From: Ophelia neglecta
Lineage: Eukaryota
Reading direction: 5' to 3'
Assembly: GCA_965285935.1 (NCBI GenBank)
Contig: OZ260661.1
Span: 144,026,001-144,090,000 of the forward strand
DNA length: 64,000 nucleotides
In this document: piece after piece, positions 51,151 through 64,000 of the stretch
How the letters are laid out: the number at the start of each line of letters is the position of its first letter
How positions within the stretch are numbered: position 1 is the first letter of the stretch
The notes under the pieces: model-generated
What the model saw: only the letters and a program-made list of their open reading frames with translations
Databases searched by the model: none
Told to the model about the DNA's origin: nothing
Translations under genes and position numbers: made by a program

Positions 51151-53664
51151 ATTAAACTGTGTGTTTTGGGTGTCTGTGTTTGATATCCATTATTAACTTT
51201 TTCTTTATTTCTATTTTTTTAGGTTTTACCATTCAGTACCAATACATATGCTAGAACCAATACAGATGCTAATACACTAAGGCCAGTATTATTATCAAAT
51301 TATGTTTAATATATGTGGGGACCAATAAGCAATGTATGCTTCATCCTCCACTTTTGTCAAATTCTTATTATTTTTTTACCTCTATTTATATAAAGTCTGC
51401 GTATAGAAGATTTGCATTTCATGAATGTTATGGCGATTAAACAATTAACCATTCACTCTGCCACGAAATGTCCAGTCAAAAATATATAAAATGTGATTTA
51501 CCAAATCTTCTCGAAAACACATTACATTAGGTCAAAATAAATGTGTATCCCGTGCGATATGACAATTGTAAAAGGATAGCCAAAAACCTCGCTTTTGCTC
51601 AAATTTATTTTTTATTATATTACATCACATCACAGCTTTTCATACCACATCACAATTGACATATACATACACATATACATTCACATACGTACACTTTGCT
51701 ACAGTAACATTTCAATATGGTAAACGTACAGGAAACAAAAACATTTCAGGCACACGACAAAAAACGAATAAAAAAAACGAATAAAAAAGACAACCAGAGA
51801 CCATTAAACATGAGTTCTACATATTATGTCGCACCCAACATCAGCAGGTCAGGCGACCACACCCACACAACAAGATATTTATTATACACGACACAAACTG
51901 CGAGAATTATAGATAGTGCTAATCAATTACCAATCCCCCCCCCCCTATAGGTCCTCATAACTGTCAACCTGACCTTTCGAAAGCGCAATAAGTCTTTCGC
52001 ATTTCAATTTAAAATTTAAGATATTGACACTATATTCTTTTGTTTGATACTTCACAAAAAATGACATTGCCCAATTCTCGTATTTCATTCACTCCGTGTC
52101 TAAATTTCCATGTGATTAATTTTTGTCTTGTCCATAAGTTCTGAGCTGAGTTTTGGCGTACATATCCTGCCAATAATGTTTCCCTTATAGGCCTTTAGAT
52201 TTAATATTTGCGTTTAGTAATTTTCAGTGTCCAAGTTAGCACAAATTCTTACGCTAAGGGCTCTACCTGATGCTTTTCGGGGGCGCTGATGATACCCGGC
52301 ACGACTATCTTGGACCAGTGGTGCCATTCTGTTTTTAGTATTTGCATGTACAAAAGCGATTCCTTCTTTATTTATGTCCGCTGCATGAAACTTGCGCGAT
52401 GGTTTTAGTAAAACCCAACCAACTCTTAAAACAAGTCAGCTTATTAATGTGATGAGAAGCACTGAAGCTCGGCCCTAGGAGGTTCAGATGGAGTTAAAAT
52501 ATTCGTCAATCATCGTCAATATTCTGCCCTATCCTGCGCAACAAATTAGCTCGCAAACAAGATGTTTTGTATAGTCTTATCTATCGGAGTGAAACACAAA
52601 CCGGGGTGTGCAGTAATGTACTCGCGGAATCCTGGCAATAAGTCAGTGAAATATAACCCAAAACAGAGTAACATTAGCTTACTCTAGATTATTCGAATCA
52701 TCATCCTTTGATTATACCGCCGTCATATGAACTGTTGTTCTTTGTGATTGGCATTTACATAACTGACTTCTTATTTGAACAGATCCCCACAGACTTACTC
52801 ACAAATGGTAAATATTCATCGTTTATTACGACCTAATAAAACATGGTGGCTTACAATAATAAGCCACATATTATTGATATCAATATGACTCTTTACAGAA
52901 AAGCCCATAGACGGGACTTTAATGTATCCGATGATTACTAGTCAATTTATCGAGGTCCATATCAATATTAGTATTGTGATTGAATTGCGTAGACCTTTAT
53001 CAGCATATTTATTTAGACGTCATCAATTTCTTATAAATCGTTGCAATCATATCTACAGAGTGTGGATTGAAACTTAAACAATGCAAATTAACACTGATAA
53101 AACAATTTACTACAATTTTATTTTAAGGATATGTGGGGTAAAACTTCTGATAATTACCTGAAGCCATTGGACACTCTACAAAAAAGATCTATTTGCATCA
53201 TTGCTGGGTTAAAAAGATTGTGTCACACCACTAGTCGTCTATTCACAAAATTTAAAATCCCCACCCCACATTTATATATATAATTAAAGGTACTTATATA
53301 CTTAAAAACTTTAAATTTAATTCTTATAAAGTTTTCTTTTTTTTTATGTTTTAATATTACCATGGACTACTTCCCTGTGCTTTCAAGTCTTTTTTTTCTA
53401 TGCATTCTGATAGCCACGCTTATCCCACTAGAAATGCTAGCATGTTTTGTATTCAAAAATTCAACTTACCTTTTTATTTAATGCAGAAGGGGTCCCTAGT
53501 TTTTATCATATACATGTTGAAATAGTCCACTACACAGTTTAAATCTTTTGTATCACATACATGTTTAAATAGTCCACTACACAGTTTAAATCTTTTGTAA
53601 AGACAAACCTTCTTGTTGTGACACACGCCTAAGTTCTTTTGATCTTGTCCTTTTGCAATCTAGG

Positions 53665-54445
53665 TAGGTTGACGAGTCCCATATTCCGTGGTATGAACTT
53701 GCAGCACATAACGAGTCGCTGCTCATACTTTGCAGTCTTTCTATATTCAACTTATATGTGCAAATGTATATGCGTTTTGTCTGACTAGAACTAGAAAACA
53801 ACTAGAAATGCTAGCATGTTCTGTATTCCAAAATTCAACTTACCTTTTTATTTAATGCAGTAGGGGGTCCCTAGTTTTTATCACATACATGTTAATTTTT
53901 TTTTAAATAGGTTGACGAGTCCCATATTCCGTGGTATGAACTTGCAGCACATAACGAGTCGCTGCTCATACTTTGTCTTTGTGCAGGCAGACTTTCTATA
54001 TTCAACTTATATGTGCAAATACATATGCATTGTGTCTGATTGTCTTAAATGGCGTTGTCTCAAACTAAGGAGCGACACCGTTTCACCAGCAGGTAAGTAA
54101 TGGGTTTTATAAACATAACCGGTATAGCTTTGGCTGTATTTATTCAAATTATGACTTTGCGTGATTTATCATTCGATTTTGAAACAAATCATTTTCAAAA
54201 CGGTTCCTGGCATATGTGGTGCATTGTCGCGGGTTGCTTTCAATCTTTAGTCACGTGCACGCCTTCAGCGCTAACGGTTATTCTCATAAACTCCCTTTAT
54301 AAGAGAACCAAAATCCTCAAATCCGCCATCAAATTCACGATGCCACCGTCATGGCAAAGCATACAGGAAGAATTATCTTGTTCTAGAACACACCTGCCGC
54401 GGATTGGCAAATACCAAAGGTAGTATGAGCTTGTCCTATAACTCC
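53665..54445 (+). pseudogene. Deleted relic of a third GRL101-like paralog (LRR fragment, hinge, TM1-TM3, 3' flank repeat)
   Basis: LTSPIFRGMNLQHI, KLRSDTVSPAGK and FINITGIALAVFIQIMTLRDL...HMWCIVAG...SLYKRTKILKSAI match 43530-44180; followed by the GGCAAATCATACAGG-type repeat also found after both other copies; local duplication 53428-53790 vs 53801-54040. Confidence 0.88.
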
Positions 54446-56732
54446 TAGATACTACTACACCAGGAAAGTATCGCTATATGGTAATTTTTGTGAATCTCTT
54501 GGGACGTAGCAAATTATTATAAATAATATAAAATTAATATTAATATAATATAAAAATACTATAAGGTTTCAGATCATGATAAGTATCCCTTCTTTCCACA
54601 AGAAATCACTCAAACATTACTCGGCGACGCCATTTTATGTGGAAAATATATTATGAACTATTGAACGCGAAATTTTCTTGATCACAAAAATGTCCTTGGC
54701 CTTTGGAAAGTAATAAGAAATTAAGGCACATTCGCCAAGAGCATTTTTTATTCAACAAACAATATCATTGTCCGTATGTTGACCTAAGCCCTCGAAGGTC
54801 AAATTGATGTTTATGAAAAATACTACTATGCATCCGTAAGCTTCTTTTTCCTTAATCAAATGTAATTTGAAAATATTTAGGTTATCACTGTTGAATGTTT
54901 TACTTGATGCTTCGCTTAACAAAGAAAATAAAACAATATCCTTTTATATATTTTGGATTGCTTCCTTGATATTAAGACATACAATAAATGCCATTTTAAT
55001 TTTACTTTTTCACAACATTTTTTTTTTTTGCTGTTCGCGGTTATGACATTTGAAGCATTTGTTGGTATTTCACCATTCCGCGCTGCTTTACTGATTCATT
55101 GCGCAGGAAGTGAGATTATATCGACAGAAGACCCGTAAAAAGGTGTGTCCCTTAAGAAACTTTATTTTTTAAACCAACGTACAGCTCTTCAAAGTGCCAT
55201 GGTATGCATGTCCTCAAACCAACCAACTCGCCGCTCCGTTGAGATACCTAAATGTTTTTACGTGTCGATAAACATGATAAATAGTGATTGCTGGACTTAA
55301 TTAAATGCACGCTGAAACTCATTTGACAATTTTTTATTGATGCAGCGTTAAATGAGAAAGTGTCGGCAATCTGTTTATTTTACATATATTTTCAGAATGC
55401 CCGCTCTGGCTCGAGATATTATGTTGATCCCATTTTTTTATGAAAATTCAAGTAGGTAAACAAATAGTGGCGGACAAAGATATAAATATGAATGTGCCTT
55501 TATCGAAAAAAAGTTTCAACAAAACTGTTAAGAAACATTAAGAGTATTATACAAAATGTTATTGTATGTAGTCGTCTTGGTGGGGAAAATCTTCTAAATC
55601 GGGATATTTCTTACACAGTGTCATTTTACGTCTTAGGAAGTAAACTGGAATGGTCTAGTTGCAGTAAGTTATGATTGTTAATATATTGTATACAACCATC
55701 GCGTCAATACTAGTTATTTGTATTTTTATTTATATAATGTGTGTACATATTCTACATTTCTGTACCTAGTACATTGCATTGTCCCTTGGTAGTTTTTTTT
55801 TAACCCGTCGTTTAATTTATTAAAGAATTTTCTAGTCATATTCAAAGACTAATGAGCCATAGACTTTCCTATTATGCTTTGTTATATTAAAAAGCATACA
55901 GCCATTCAGTAAATCAACAGTCAGTGTAGTAAGGTAACTTCACTCATAAAGCACTTTTAACCCTTTGGGTGTCGAACAAATACGCAATTTTGATGTCGGT
56001 AAAGTGCCACTAGAATAAGCATATTCCCCAAAGAATCATGTCTACTTATAGCAATGAAGAGTTTATGAACAACTAAATATCTCAAACTATATATTCTCTT
56101 AAAGGACAGAACCACAACAAGGATATAAAACGAAACTGCAGAGGAAAAGGAGCTGATATGGTGCCAGGGTGGACTTTTTGTATACAGAATACTAGGTAAA
56201 ATATAGAGCTGATTTTAGAGGCCCTTTACTCTTTACAAGGCGACTATTCCTGTCGAAAATTAACAGTAAAGTATGCCATCCTTAAGCTCCTGTATCATTA
56301 ATTAAGAGTAACATGAAAACCTGTAAATTGACATTGTTTAAAGTTTTGCTTGAACTTTACTTACCATGAGAACAAAGCAATATACTTATGTCTGTCTTAG
56401 ATTGTTTGCCTTGATATGACGCCGAAGTTTTTATATTAATACTTTTTATACCATTTTGTTGCGGGTTGCAATAAGACATTTGCTAATGGGATTGCACAAG
56501 TGTGGTATATCTCCTCTTTTCATCGCAGACATTCAGGTTTCGAAATTTGTGCTCAGTTTCAGGACACGTGACCTCTTTTGACCGTTAAGTGTTTTGTAGC
56601 GCAGAATGACCCTCACTGTGGCTGCTGCGCTGCCGCTGTCTATGCAATGGAGTAGTTGCTGATTGCCATAAGAAATGTCATGCAAGTAGCACAAATAAGA
56701 AGTAGAACAGGGAACATTCATCTGACTACAAA

Positions 56733-58919
56733 GAATCAGAATCAGAATCAGAACATTTTATTTAGACCACAATGAAGACAATATGAAATCATAATATAAG
56801 TACATGAATTTGATAACGAGTAGCAGACATGTAACGTATAAGTAACGTATATACACACGTTTATATATATATAATTTGTAAGACATTATGATATATACAA
56901 TATGGAATTATAGTATAAATACACGAATAAGAGATCAAGTATGAGACATGTAATGTACATGTAACGCATATACACGTTTATATATAAAATTAGTGAGACA
57001 TTATGATGTAGACATTTGGCCAGGGAGAATCTCATTAAGTGTTGTTCACACGCTAGCATGGGAGCCACCCAGAAGAAGAAGGCAAAAAAGGACACTATGA
57101 TACATTTAAATATTGTCACATTACAATATATTGTAGTGTATTGTCAGGGATAAACAAAGTAGGTGAATGCAATGTTAAATGCTATATTTATATAGATAAG
57201 TCAACCTTTTAAAGGTTACTGCCTGGAATGCAAAGAGGCATAAATTATCTTAATCACAACTCCATAAGAGAATATACATTTGTTATTAAAAATACATAAG
57301 GCAATACAAACAAGAGGGCATGCAGGTGATTTCCCATATTCCGGAGCACTTTTATGTAAAAGACATAAACACACATAAAAACACATCCAAGGGATCGTGT
57401 CTGGATGCAAATGCAAATGAGGCAAACAGTACCAGCACATAATAACCGATGGGCCCGCACAGAGGCAGCCCGCCAGGAGAGGCACGGAAACTAGAGCCAA
57501 CCCCCGAAGGACCACCGCCGCGCAGACCCATCAGCCCATACATGTGACCCGACAAACATAACAGCCCTGAATATAACAGTCCTCGGAATAACTATTTATG
57601 TAATAACGTTTGATGTAGTTAGAAAACCCATGTAGGCTGTGAGAAAAAACTTTTTCCTTGATAAGATCAGGAGTTACATTCAATAAGGAGACAATGTGAT
57701 AACGGATGCACTTTTTGGCAAATTCATGTTTAACCAAACCCTGGTAATAGCTAGAACTTGTTCTTGTATTATACCTATGTACATCAGACACGTGTAATAA
57801 GTTGAATTGATAAAAATATTGCGGGACTGTGCCATTGATATACCCGTAATAAAATTTAAGAGTACATAGTTTATAGATATCTGCAAGCTTAAGCAAATAT
57901 AACTTTTTAAACAGAGGAGAGGAGTGTGAAACAAACCTACTATTTGTAATGATACGCACACATTTTTTCTGTAGCTTATTAAGTCTCGTAGTTTCAAGGC
58001 CCCAAGCAAGTATGCAGTAATTGAGGCGAGGCAACACCAAAGTATTATAAATACACTTAAGTATATATTGTGGAAGAATGTGCCTTAGTCTACAAAGAAC
58101 TCCCACCGATTTGGAGATAGCTGTTGAGACATTGTTTATGTGGGTGTTCCAATTCAGGGGTTTGTTTAAATTCAGACCAAGAAAGTTAAAATTATCTACA
58201 CATTCCAGGGGGATGTTATCTATCATAATATTGGGGATGTCAAATTTCTTTCCCGGCATATAAAAGATCACAAATTTGGTTTTGTTAGCATTTAATGATA
58301 ATTTATTGAGCTTGAGTAACTCACTGATTTTTGCCAGTTCTGTATTTATATTATCACTACAATGCTGTGATTGAGCTTGATGGTTGAAAACTTTTAAAAT
58401 ACTCGACAGTGCTGTGTCGTCCGCATAAACTATGGTTTGGAATAATTTACTAACTGTGCTAATATCATTTATATATATAATAAATAGAAGAGGGCCGAGA
58501 ATAGAGCCTTACGGGACTCCCATATTAATAGAATCCATTTTCGAACATGTATTTTCTATTTGTACATATTGTTTTCGATTTTGTAAATAACTGGTAAGGA
58601 GTGTCAATGAAGAGCCTGCCACGCCATAATAGCGCAACTTGTGTAATAAAATATCATGGTCTAAAGTATCAAATGCCTTCGACAAAAAAAATTATAAAAG
58701 TTAAGGGGCGTTTCATCCCTGTCCAGCTCATTTATTATTCGATCGACTAATTCAAGAGCCGCCAGCTCCGTCGAGTGCCGTTTTCTGAAACCATACTGGC
58801 TACAGTGAAACAGTGCATTGGATTCAAAGTAATCGTATAATTGATCCGCAATAATTCGTTCAAAAATCTTAGAAAAAGTAGAGAGGACAGATATAGGACG
58901 GTAATTATCCAGTGAAGTG
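56733..58919 (-). mobile_element. CR1/L2-group LINE with 3' UTR and (TGATTC)n tail, interrupted at its 5' side by the BEL element
   Basis: NYRPISVLSTFSKIFE, SQYGFRKRHSTELA, SKAFDTLDH, GVP*GSILGP (stop at 58511-58509), YADDT, LNYCILAWG; minus-strand AATAAA plus hexamer tail at 56733-56762. Confidence 0.88.
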
Positions 58920-59414
58920 TGTTGCATTACAAGCCCCCTGGTCATTACCTGGTCATTACCTGGTCAGTCAGGCATGACTTCAGTCAGGCATGACGGTGTG
59001 TCCGGAGGACTAGCGTGTTTGGGGTATGTGCCAATTGTACAGCGGACTGACAGTGTGTCAATGTATTGAATGTAATATTGGAATTGTACAGCGGACTGAC
59101 AGTGTGTCAATGTATTTACTGTAATATTGGAATTGAACTGCGGACTGACGGTGTGTCATTATTCCCTGTATTAGTACCTCATGTTGTGTCGCTTCATCGT
59201 GGTTTTGAGCCCGGTATGGTGGTATGTATTTACCTTATTCGCAGATACGTTAATAATGATTGTATGTTCATATATTGCCTGTAACTTCAAATGTTTTCCT
59301 TTTCATTGTAATTACAGTTTACCTGTATACGAGTGCATGGGATTAGACCTCGGAATAAACATTACTGCATGTTCTACTGGTTCATAACCTTCACTGTTAT
59401 TACTGAGTGCAACA
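58920..59414 (+). repeat. Putative 5' LTR of the BEL/Pao element
   Basis: Begins TGTTGCA and ends TGCAACA (7-bp inverted termini); AATAAA at 59354; internal short tandem repeats; the partner LTR is outside the window. Confidence 0.65.
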
Positions 59415-59509
59415 ATACCAACATCCAATACTAGATGCGACATAACATTAGTAAACACCACATGCCTTTGGTGGGTGATTTATGAACTGTTGTAGTGGTC
59501 ACAGTTACA

Positions 59510-62500
59510 ATGAATACAGATATTGAACTGTGCGGGGATGTCACTGAGGCATCTTCAAAGAGATCAACAGCTCAGGGTGTCGTCAGAAGGCACATAAACA
59601 CTATTCTTCGTCTTCTTGGGGAAGACGACATTGTGAATGTGGATGAATGTGATTCCACTGTTCAGAAATTGTCGGACGCTCGAGAGCGCTATTCGACCTG
59701 TCATAATAGGACTGTTGAAATATTGATTGCTGCAGATAAGGATACGGCAGTGATTGAATCTGCTGCCTTTGCCTTGATTGAGGAGATTGACAAAACCATT
59801 CGAGATGCCAAAGAATGGTGCAGGCGAGCTAGAGTGGGTCCTCGCGATACAACCACCGAGGTGACTCCCAGCGACGGTGCTGGTGGTGGGAGTGATCAGA
59901 GCGTGGATTCTAGAGATGAGGACAGTAGTGGGACTGAGAGGCAGCGGCCTGATGTTCGTCCTAAGACTCCCCCGGGTCATGCTGTGAACAGTGATAAGGA
60001 GGAGTCATTTCAAGCTCAAACTTTGAGTGTGCTCTCAGGTTTGACAGCTCAGATTCAGAGTTTGTCGTTCTCAGTGGACTCTCATACCAGGAGACATGAT
60101 GAGCAACTGGCAGCATATGGACAGTCCGTACAATCTCTCAGACAGGAAGTGGAGGTTCTTCGTCGTGAGCGTGCTGCTTCCACACCAAAAGGGCCTGCTG
60201 AAAAGCGTGTTTCATTTGAAAATGTCACATATGATACTATACCTGTTGATCTGGCACAACATAAAGATTTAATATCAAATGTAGAATTATGTATTGATGC
60301 TCATGATAAAACAAATGCTATGTCTCAAGATATTTCAAATGCTGTGCTAACTCCAAATGTAGATCAACATAATGTTTCAGATGTGATTGTTCAAAACACT
60401 TCCATTATGAGATCTCTTGTTGATGAAAATCGTACATACCACCAGTCGTTCTTAGCTACAGTTAGGGCCCCACATTCAAAACTAATGCATTTCAACGGTG
60501 ACCCATTAGAGTATACAGCTTTCATGGGAGCTTTTGATGACATGGTTGAGACTGCTATCGATAATCCACGAACAAAACTTACCATATTGTATGCTCATTG
60601 TGAGGGTAGGGCCAAACGTGTTATCGGTGGGTGTCTTCACAAACCCGCGAAAGAAGGCTACTGTAATGCTCGTAGTCTGCTAAAAGGGAAATTTGGTAAT
60701 CCAACAGTTATAAGTCAAGCTTGGCTCAATAAGTTGTTGGGGGGTCCTCAATTGAAAACAGCAGATGACTTAGAGACATTTGCGGCTGATTTGACAAGTT
60801 GTGCCGATAGTCTAGGGGCTCTGGGGTTTCTGGCTGAGCTGAACTGTGTGAACTCAATGAGAATCATTGTCTCAAAGTTACCATATTTTTTGCGTGAAAG
60901 GTGGCGTAAGCTCCATCGCCGATTGAATGCTCAAGGCAGGCCAACTTCTATCGAACAACTCATTGAGATGGTTAATCAGGTAGCTGAAGAGATGGGTGAC
61001 ACAGCCTTTAGTGAAAGTAGTATTTTGAAAGTAAAAAATACTTACGACAGCAAGGTCAGCAGTCGTCAGTGGTCACAGAGTAAGGTCAGAGCTAGTGTGA
61101 ACCTTGCCACTGATGCTGACGAAGGTTCTGTTGATGAGTTTGGTGATGATGGTTTGTTTACTGAATCCGGACTCTTTATGGTTGGTGGAAATAGGTTTGT
61201 GTGTGCAGCATGTTCTGGGCAGCACTACACTTCACGTTGTAGAGTGTACAGAGAAATGTCACCTACTGAGCGTATATCATTTGTTCGTGAAAAGAGATTG
61301 TGTGTGACATGTTTGGGTGAGAATCACATGATGGCTGAGTGTAATTTGGGATGGAAATGTCAGGAGAGGAATTGTTCTCAAAGGCATCACACTTCTCTTC
61401 ACAATGCGTTTACTCCTAAGCAGGCTCCCATGATTGATGATAAAAGGGTTGGTGAAGGAAGTGTAGAGGAGAATCAGAGTCAGAGATATATAGATATTGG
61501 TGTAGGTACTAGTGGTGCATATACTCTTGAAGCTCGTGTTTATGGTGGTCGGATTTCAGCTTCTTTACCTCTCACTCCAGTTGTTGTTTCGGGACCTCAG
61601 GGAAATTTTGTGACTTATGCACTCATCGATCCTGCCTCCTGCATGACCTTGTGCACCGAGAGACTTATGGATCATTTGAGGTTGACTCCGCATGGTGTTG
61701 CAACGACAAATTTGCACACAGTTACTGGTGAGCAGGCTTTAGAGGGCAAGCTTGTCAGCATGGATATTAGAGGTGTCAATTATCGGTCTTCTTTCCCTGT
61801 TTTTGATGCATTTGTGCTCCATGCACTGCCAATATCCGGTGAGCATCTGGTCACTGCCGATCAATTGGCAGCCTGGCCTCATCTATCTAATCTGAGGCTT
61901 CCAACTGCAGATTTTAGTGCAGTCGATATTCTGATTGGTCAGAATAATGCTCATCTGTTAGAGCCTATGGGCAAAGTCACAGGCAAACGATTCGAGCCCT
62001 ATGCCGTTGAGACTCCAATAGGTTGGACAGTTTATGGACATTTCAATGGGCAAACTCCGGCTGTGTCATGTTTCGTGAGTGCAGGGAGTCAGTTCGAAGA
62101 TTCGTCGTCCGACAGATTGGATCGTCTCGTTGAACGGTTCTGGAAGCTGGATGAACTTCCTTTAAGTCCTTCTTTGTCTTCTATCGATCAGTCTGTTGTT
62201 GATCTTTGGTCTGAGAATATGTACATCTCGGAAGGACATATTCACTTGCCAATTCCGTTCAAGACTAATCCACCGCAACTTCCAAATAATTATGACATGG
62301 CTGTTCGAAGGCTAAGACAGCTAGGTAGAAGGTTGAGTCGTGATGAAGATATGGCAATGAAGTATAGAGACGGCATAGGTGGGAACTTGAAAGAAGGGTT
62401 CTCAGAAAGGGTGGATGAATCTGTGGAAGTAAAGGTGGGAGCTGTTTTTTACATTCCACATCATCCTGTGACTCATCCCAGAAAACCTGACAAGGTCCGC

Positions 62501-64000
62501 ATAGTGTTTGATTGTAGTGCCGAAGTTGATGGTGTGAGTTTAAATAAGTCGGTGCATCAGGGACCGGATTTGGCTAGCCGGCTGGTCAATGTTCTCATGA
62601 GATTCCGAGAGTTCAAGACAACAATCATGGGAGATATAGAAGGGATGTATAATCAGGTACGAGTTCCCCCAGCACAGAGAAATTGCCTTCGGTTTCTTTG
62701 GTGGGATAATGACAGACCTGATGGTAAGATTGTGGTGTTGCGGATGACAACTCATTTGTTTGGTGGCATTTGGTCACCTTCAGCAGCCATCTTTGCTCTT
62801 CGCAGGACTGCGGAATTGTTTGGTGGGTCTTTCATGGAAGAGGCTGTTGCTGCAGTTTTTAAACATTTTTATGTTGATGATTGGCTGCAGAGTGTGATTT
62901 CAGTTCCTCGTGCGATCAAGATGACAGTTGATTTACGTTTGTTGTTGAGAAATGGGGGATTTAATTTGACAAAATTCAGCTCAAATAGCAGACAGGTTGT
63001 CGAGAGCATTGAGGTGGAGCATAGATCCAGGGCTCTTTCTGGTCTGAACTTACAATTTGATGACCTGCCCTGTGATACCACATTAGGAGTTCACTATGAT
63101 CCCAAGAATGACAAATTCGGTTACACGGCGTCATTGAATGAGAAGCCATGCACAAGAAGAGGCATGTTATCAACAATGTCCTCCTTGTATGACCCACTAG
63201 GTTTCGTTGGACCATTCATTGTCCCTGCTAGGCGAATAATGCAAGAACTGTGCAGGATTGGGTGTGAATGGGATCAGGAGCTGCCTGAGAATTTGCTGCT
63301 ACAATGGCAGAGATGGTTGAGGGATGTCCCTTTGTTGCAGAGCTTCAAAGTGCCACGTCACATTCGGTTTGATGGTGGTCATGGGTTGCAGCTTCATTGT
63401 TTCTCAGATGCTTCTGAGAAAGCATATGGCGCTGTTGCCTATTTGCGTGTGCTGGGTGAACATCAGTCAGGGTTGTCCAGTACACTTTTGATGGCCAAGT
63501 CTAGGCTTGCTCCATTGAAGTCTCTGACTATACCTAGGTTGGAGCTATCGGCAGCGGTGCTTGCTGTTAGGCTATGTAAGGTTTTGCAAGATTGTTTCAC
63601 AACTGAGCTAGAGTCAGTCCATTTTTGGACTGACAGTGTATTAGTCCTCAGATATATTCATGGAGTGCCATCTTCATTTCAGACGTTTGTGGCTAACAGG
63701 ACTGCTGAGATTCAGCGTCTGTCCGTTGCGGATCAGTGGCGATTTGCACCTGGATCAGACAACCCAGCTGATATGATATCGAGAGGTATTTCAGCAGAAC
63801 AATTGCTGAGCAGTTGCGTATGGCTAAGTGGCCCATCATACTTGCTTTTGCCGGAATCTGAGTGGCCGGATCAGCCAGATTTGCAGAGAGTTGAGATTTC
63901 TGAACTCAAGCGTTTAAAGGGCATTTACGTCACGGATGTGGTTGTCAGCCAGCGGTCAAGTGAGTTGCTGGAGGGTCTGGTTGCACAATATTCAGATTGG
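59510..64000 (+). mobile_element. BEL/Pao LTR retrotransposon gag-pol ORF, open to the window end
   Basis: ATG at 59510; FNGDPLEYTAF; three Cys/His knuckles (CAACSGQHYTSRC, CVTCLGENHMMAEC, CQERNCSQRHHTSLH); protease TYALIDPASCMTLC; RT YIPHHPV, KVRIVFDCSA, FYVDD; FSDASEKAYG, MAKSRLAP, TIPRLEL, FWTDS, NPADMISRG. Absent from the ORF track, consistent with no stop being reached. Confidence 0.95.

Larger units (their letters stand above)
38017..53532 (+). repeat. Segmental duplication unit B (paralogous to 7990-26632)
   Basis: Colinear homology as listed for unit A. Confidence 0.9.

Noticed and set aside
53895-54097. Possible new exon in the third receptor relic (polyT-AG acceptor and GTAAGT donor)
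   Set aside because: The sequence is frameshifted and deleted relative to the intact gene, and there is no evidence of use.
54450-56510. Possible further non-autonomous DNA transposon
   Set aside because: MITE-like composition, but I could not find convincing TIRs or a TSD.
180-63215. Numerous short (60-150 aa) ORFs antisense to or overlapping the genes and transposon ORFs
   Set aside because: No recognisable motifs; expected shadow ORFs.

Overview
Eukaryotic, AT-rich and repeat-dense window, most consistent with a marine invertebrate genome (inferred from the gene family and transposon clades; species not identifiable). Its core is a tandem segmental duplication (about 7990-26632 and 38017-53532). 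Each unit carries a large two-exon receptor gene of the GRL101/RXFP-like (LDLa-LRR) rhodopsin-class GPCR type, with an unusual ectodomain: signal peptide, two CUB-like modules, a C-type lectin domain, about 6 LDLa modules, LRRs, then a very divergent 7TM. The copy at 38307-44681 is intact (2013 aa after splicing). The copy at 8279-16517 is a pseudogene (stops, a frameshift and a TIR-element insertion). Two further relics lie at about 7040-7213 and 53665-54445, indicating a birth-and-death receptor cluster. An 11-kb nest of mobile elements inside a roughly 40-bp satellite separates the two units. It contains a Ngaro/PAT-type tyrosine-recombinase retrotransposon (identical split direct repeats, deleted pol, intact YR apparently expressed by splicing to gag), an L1/Tx1-type LINE inserted into a hairpin element, and a TA-flanked MITE. 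Also present are two TIR elements with 9-bp TSDs, a TTAA-flanked element, a tRNA-derived SINE, a 33-bp minisatellite, several LINE fragments, and a BEL/Pao LTR retrotransposon whose ORF runs off the window end. All alignments were done by eye; no searches were run.
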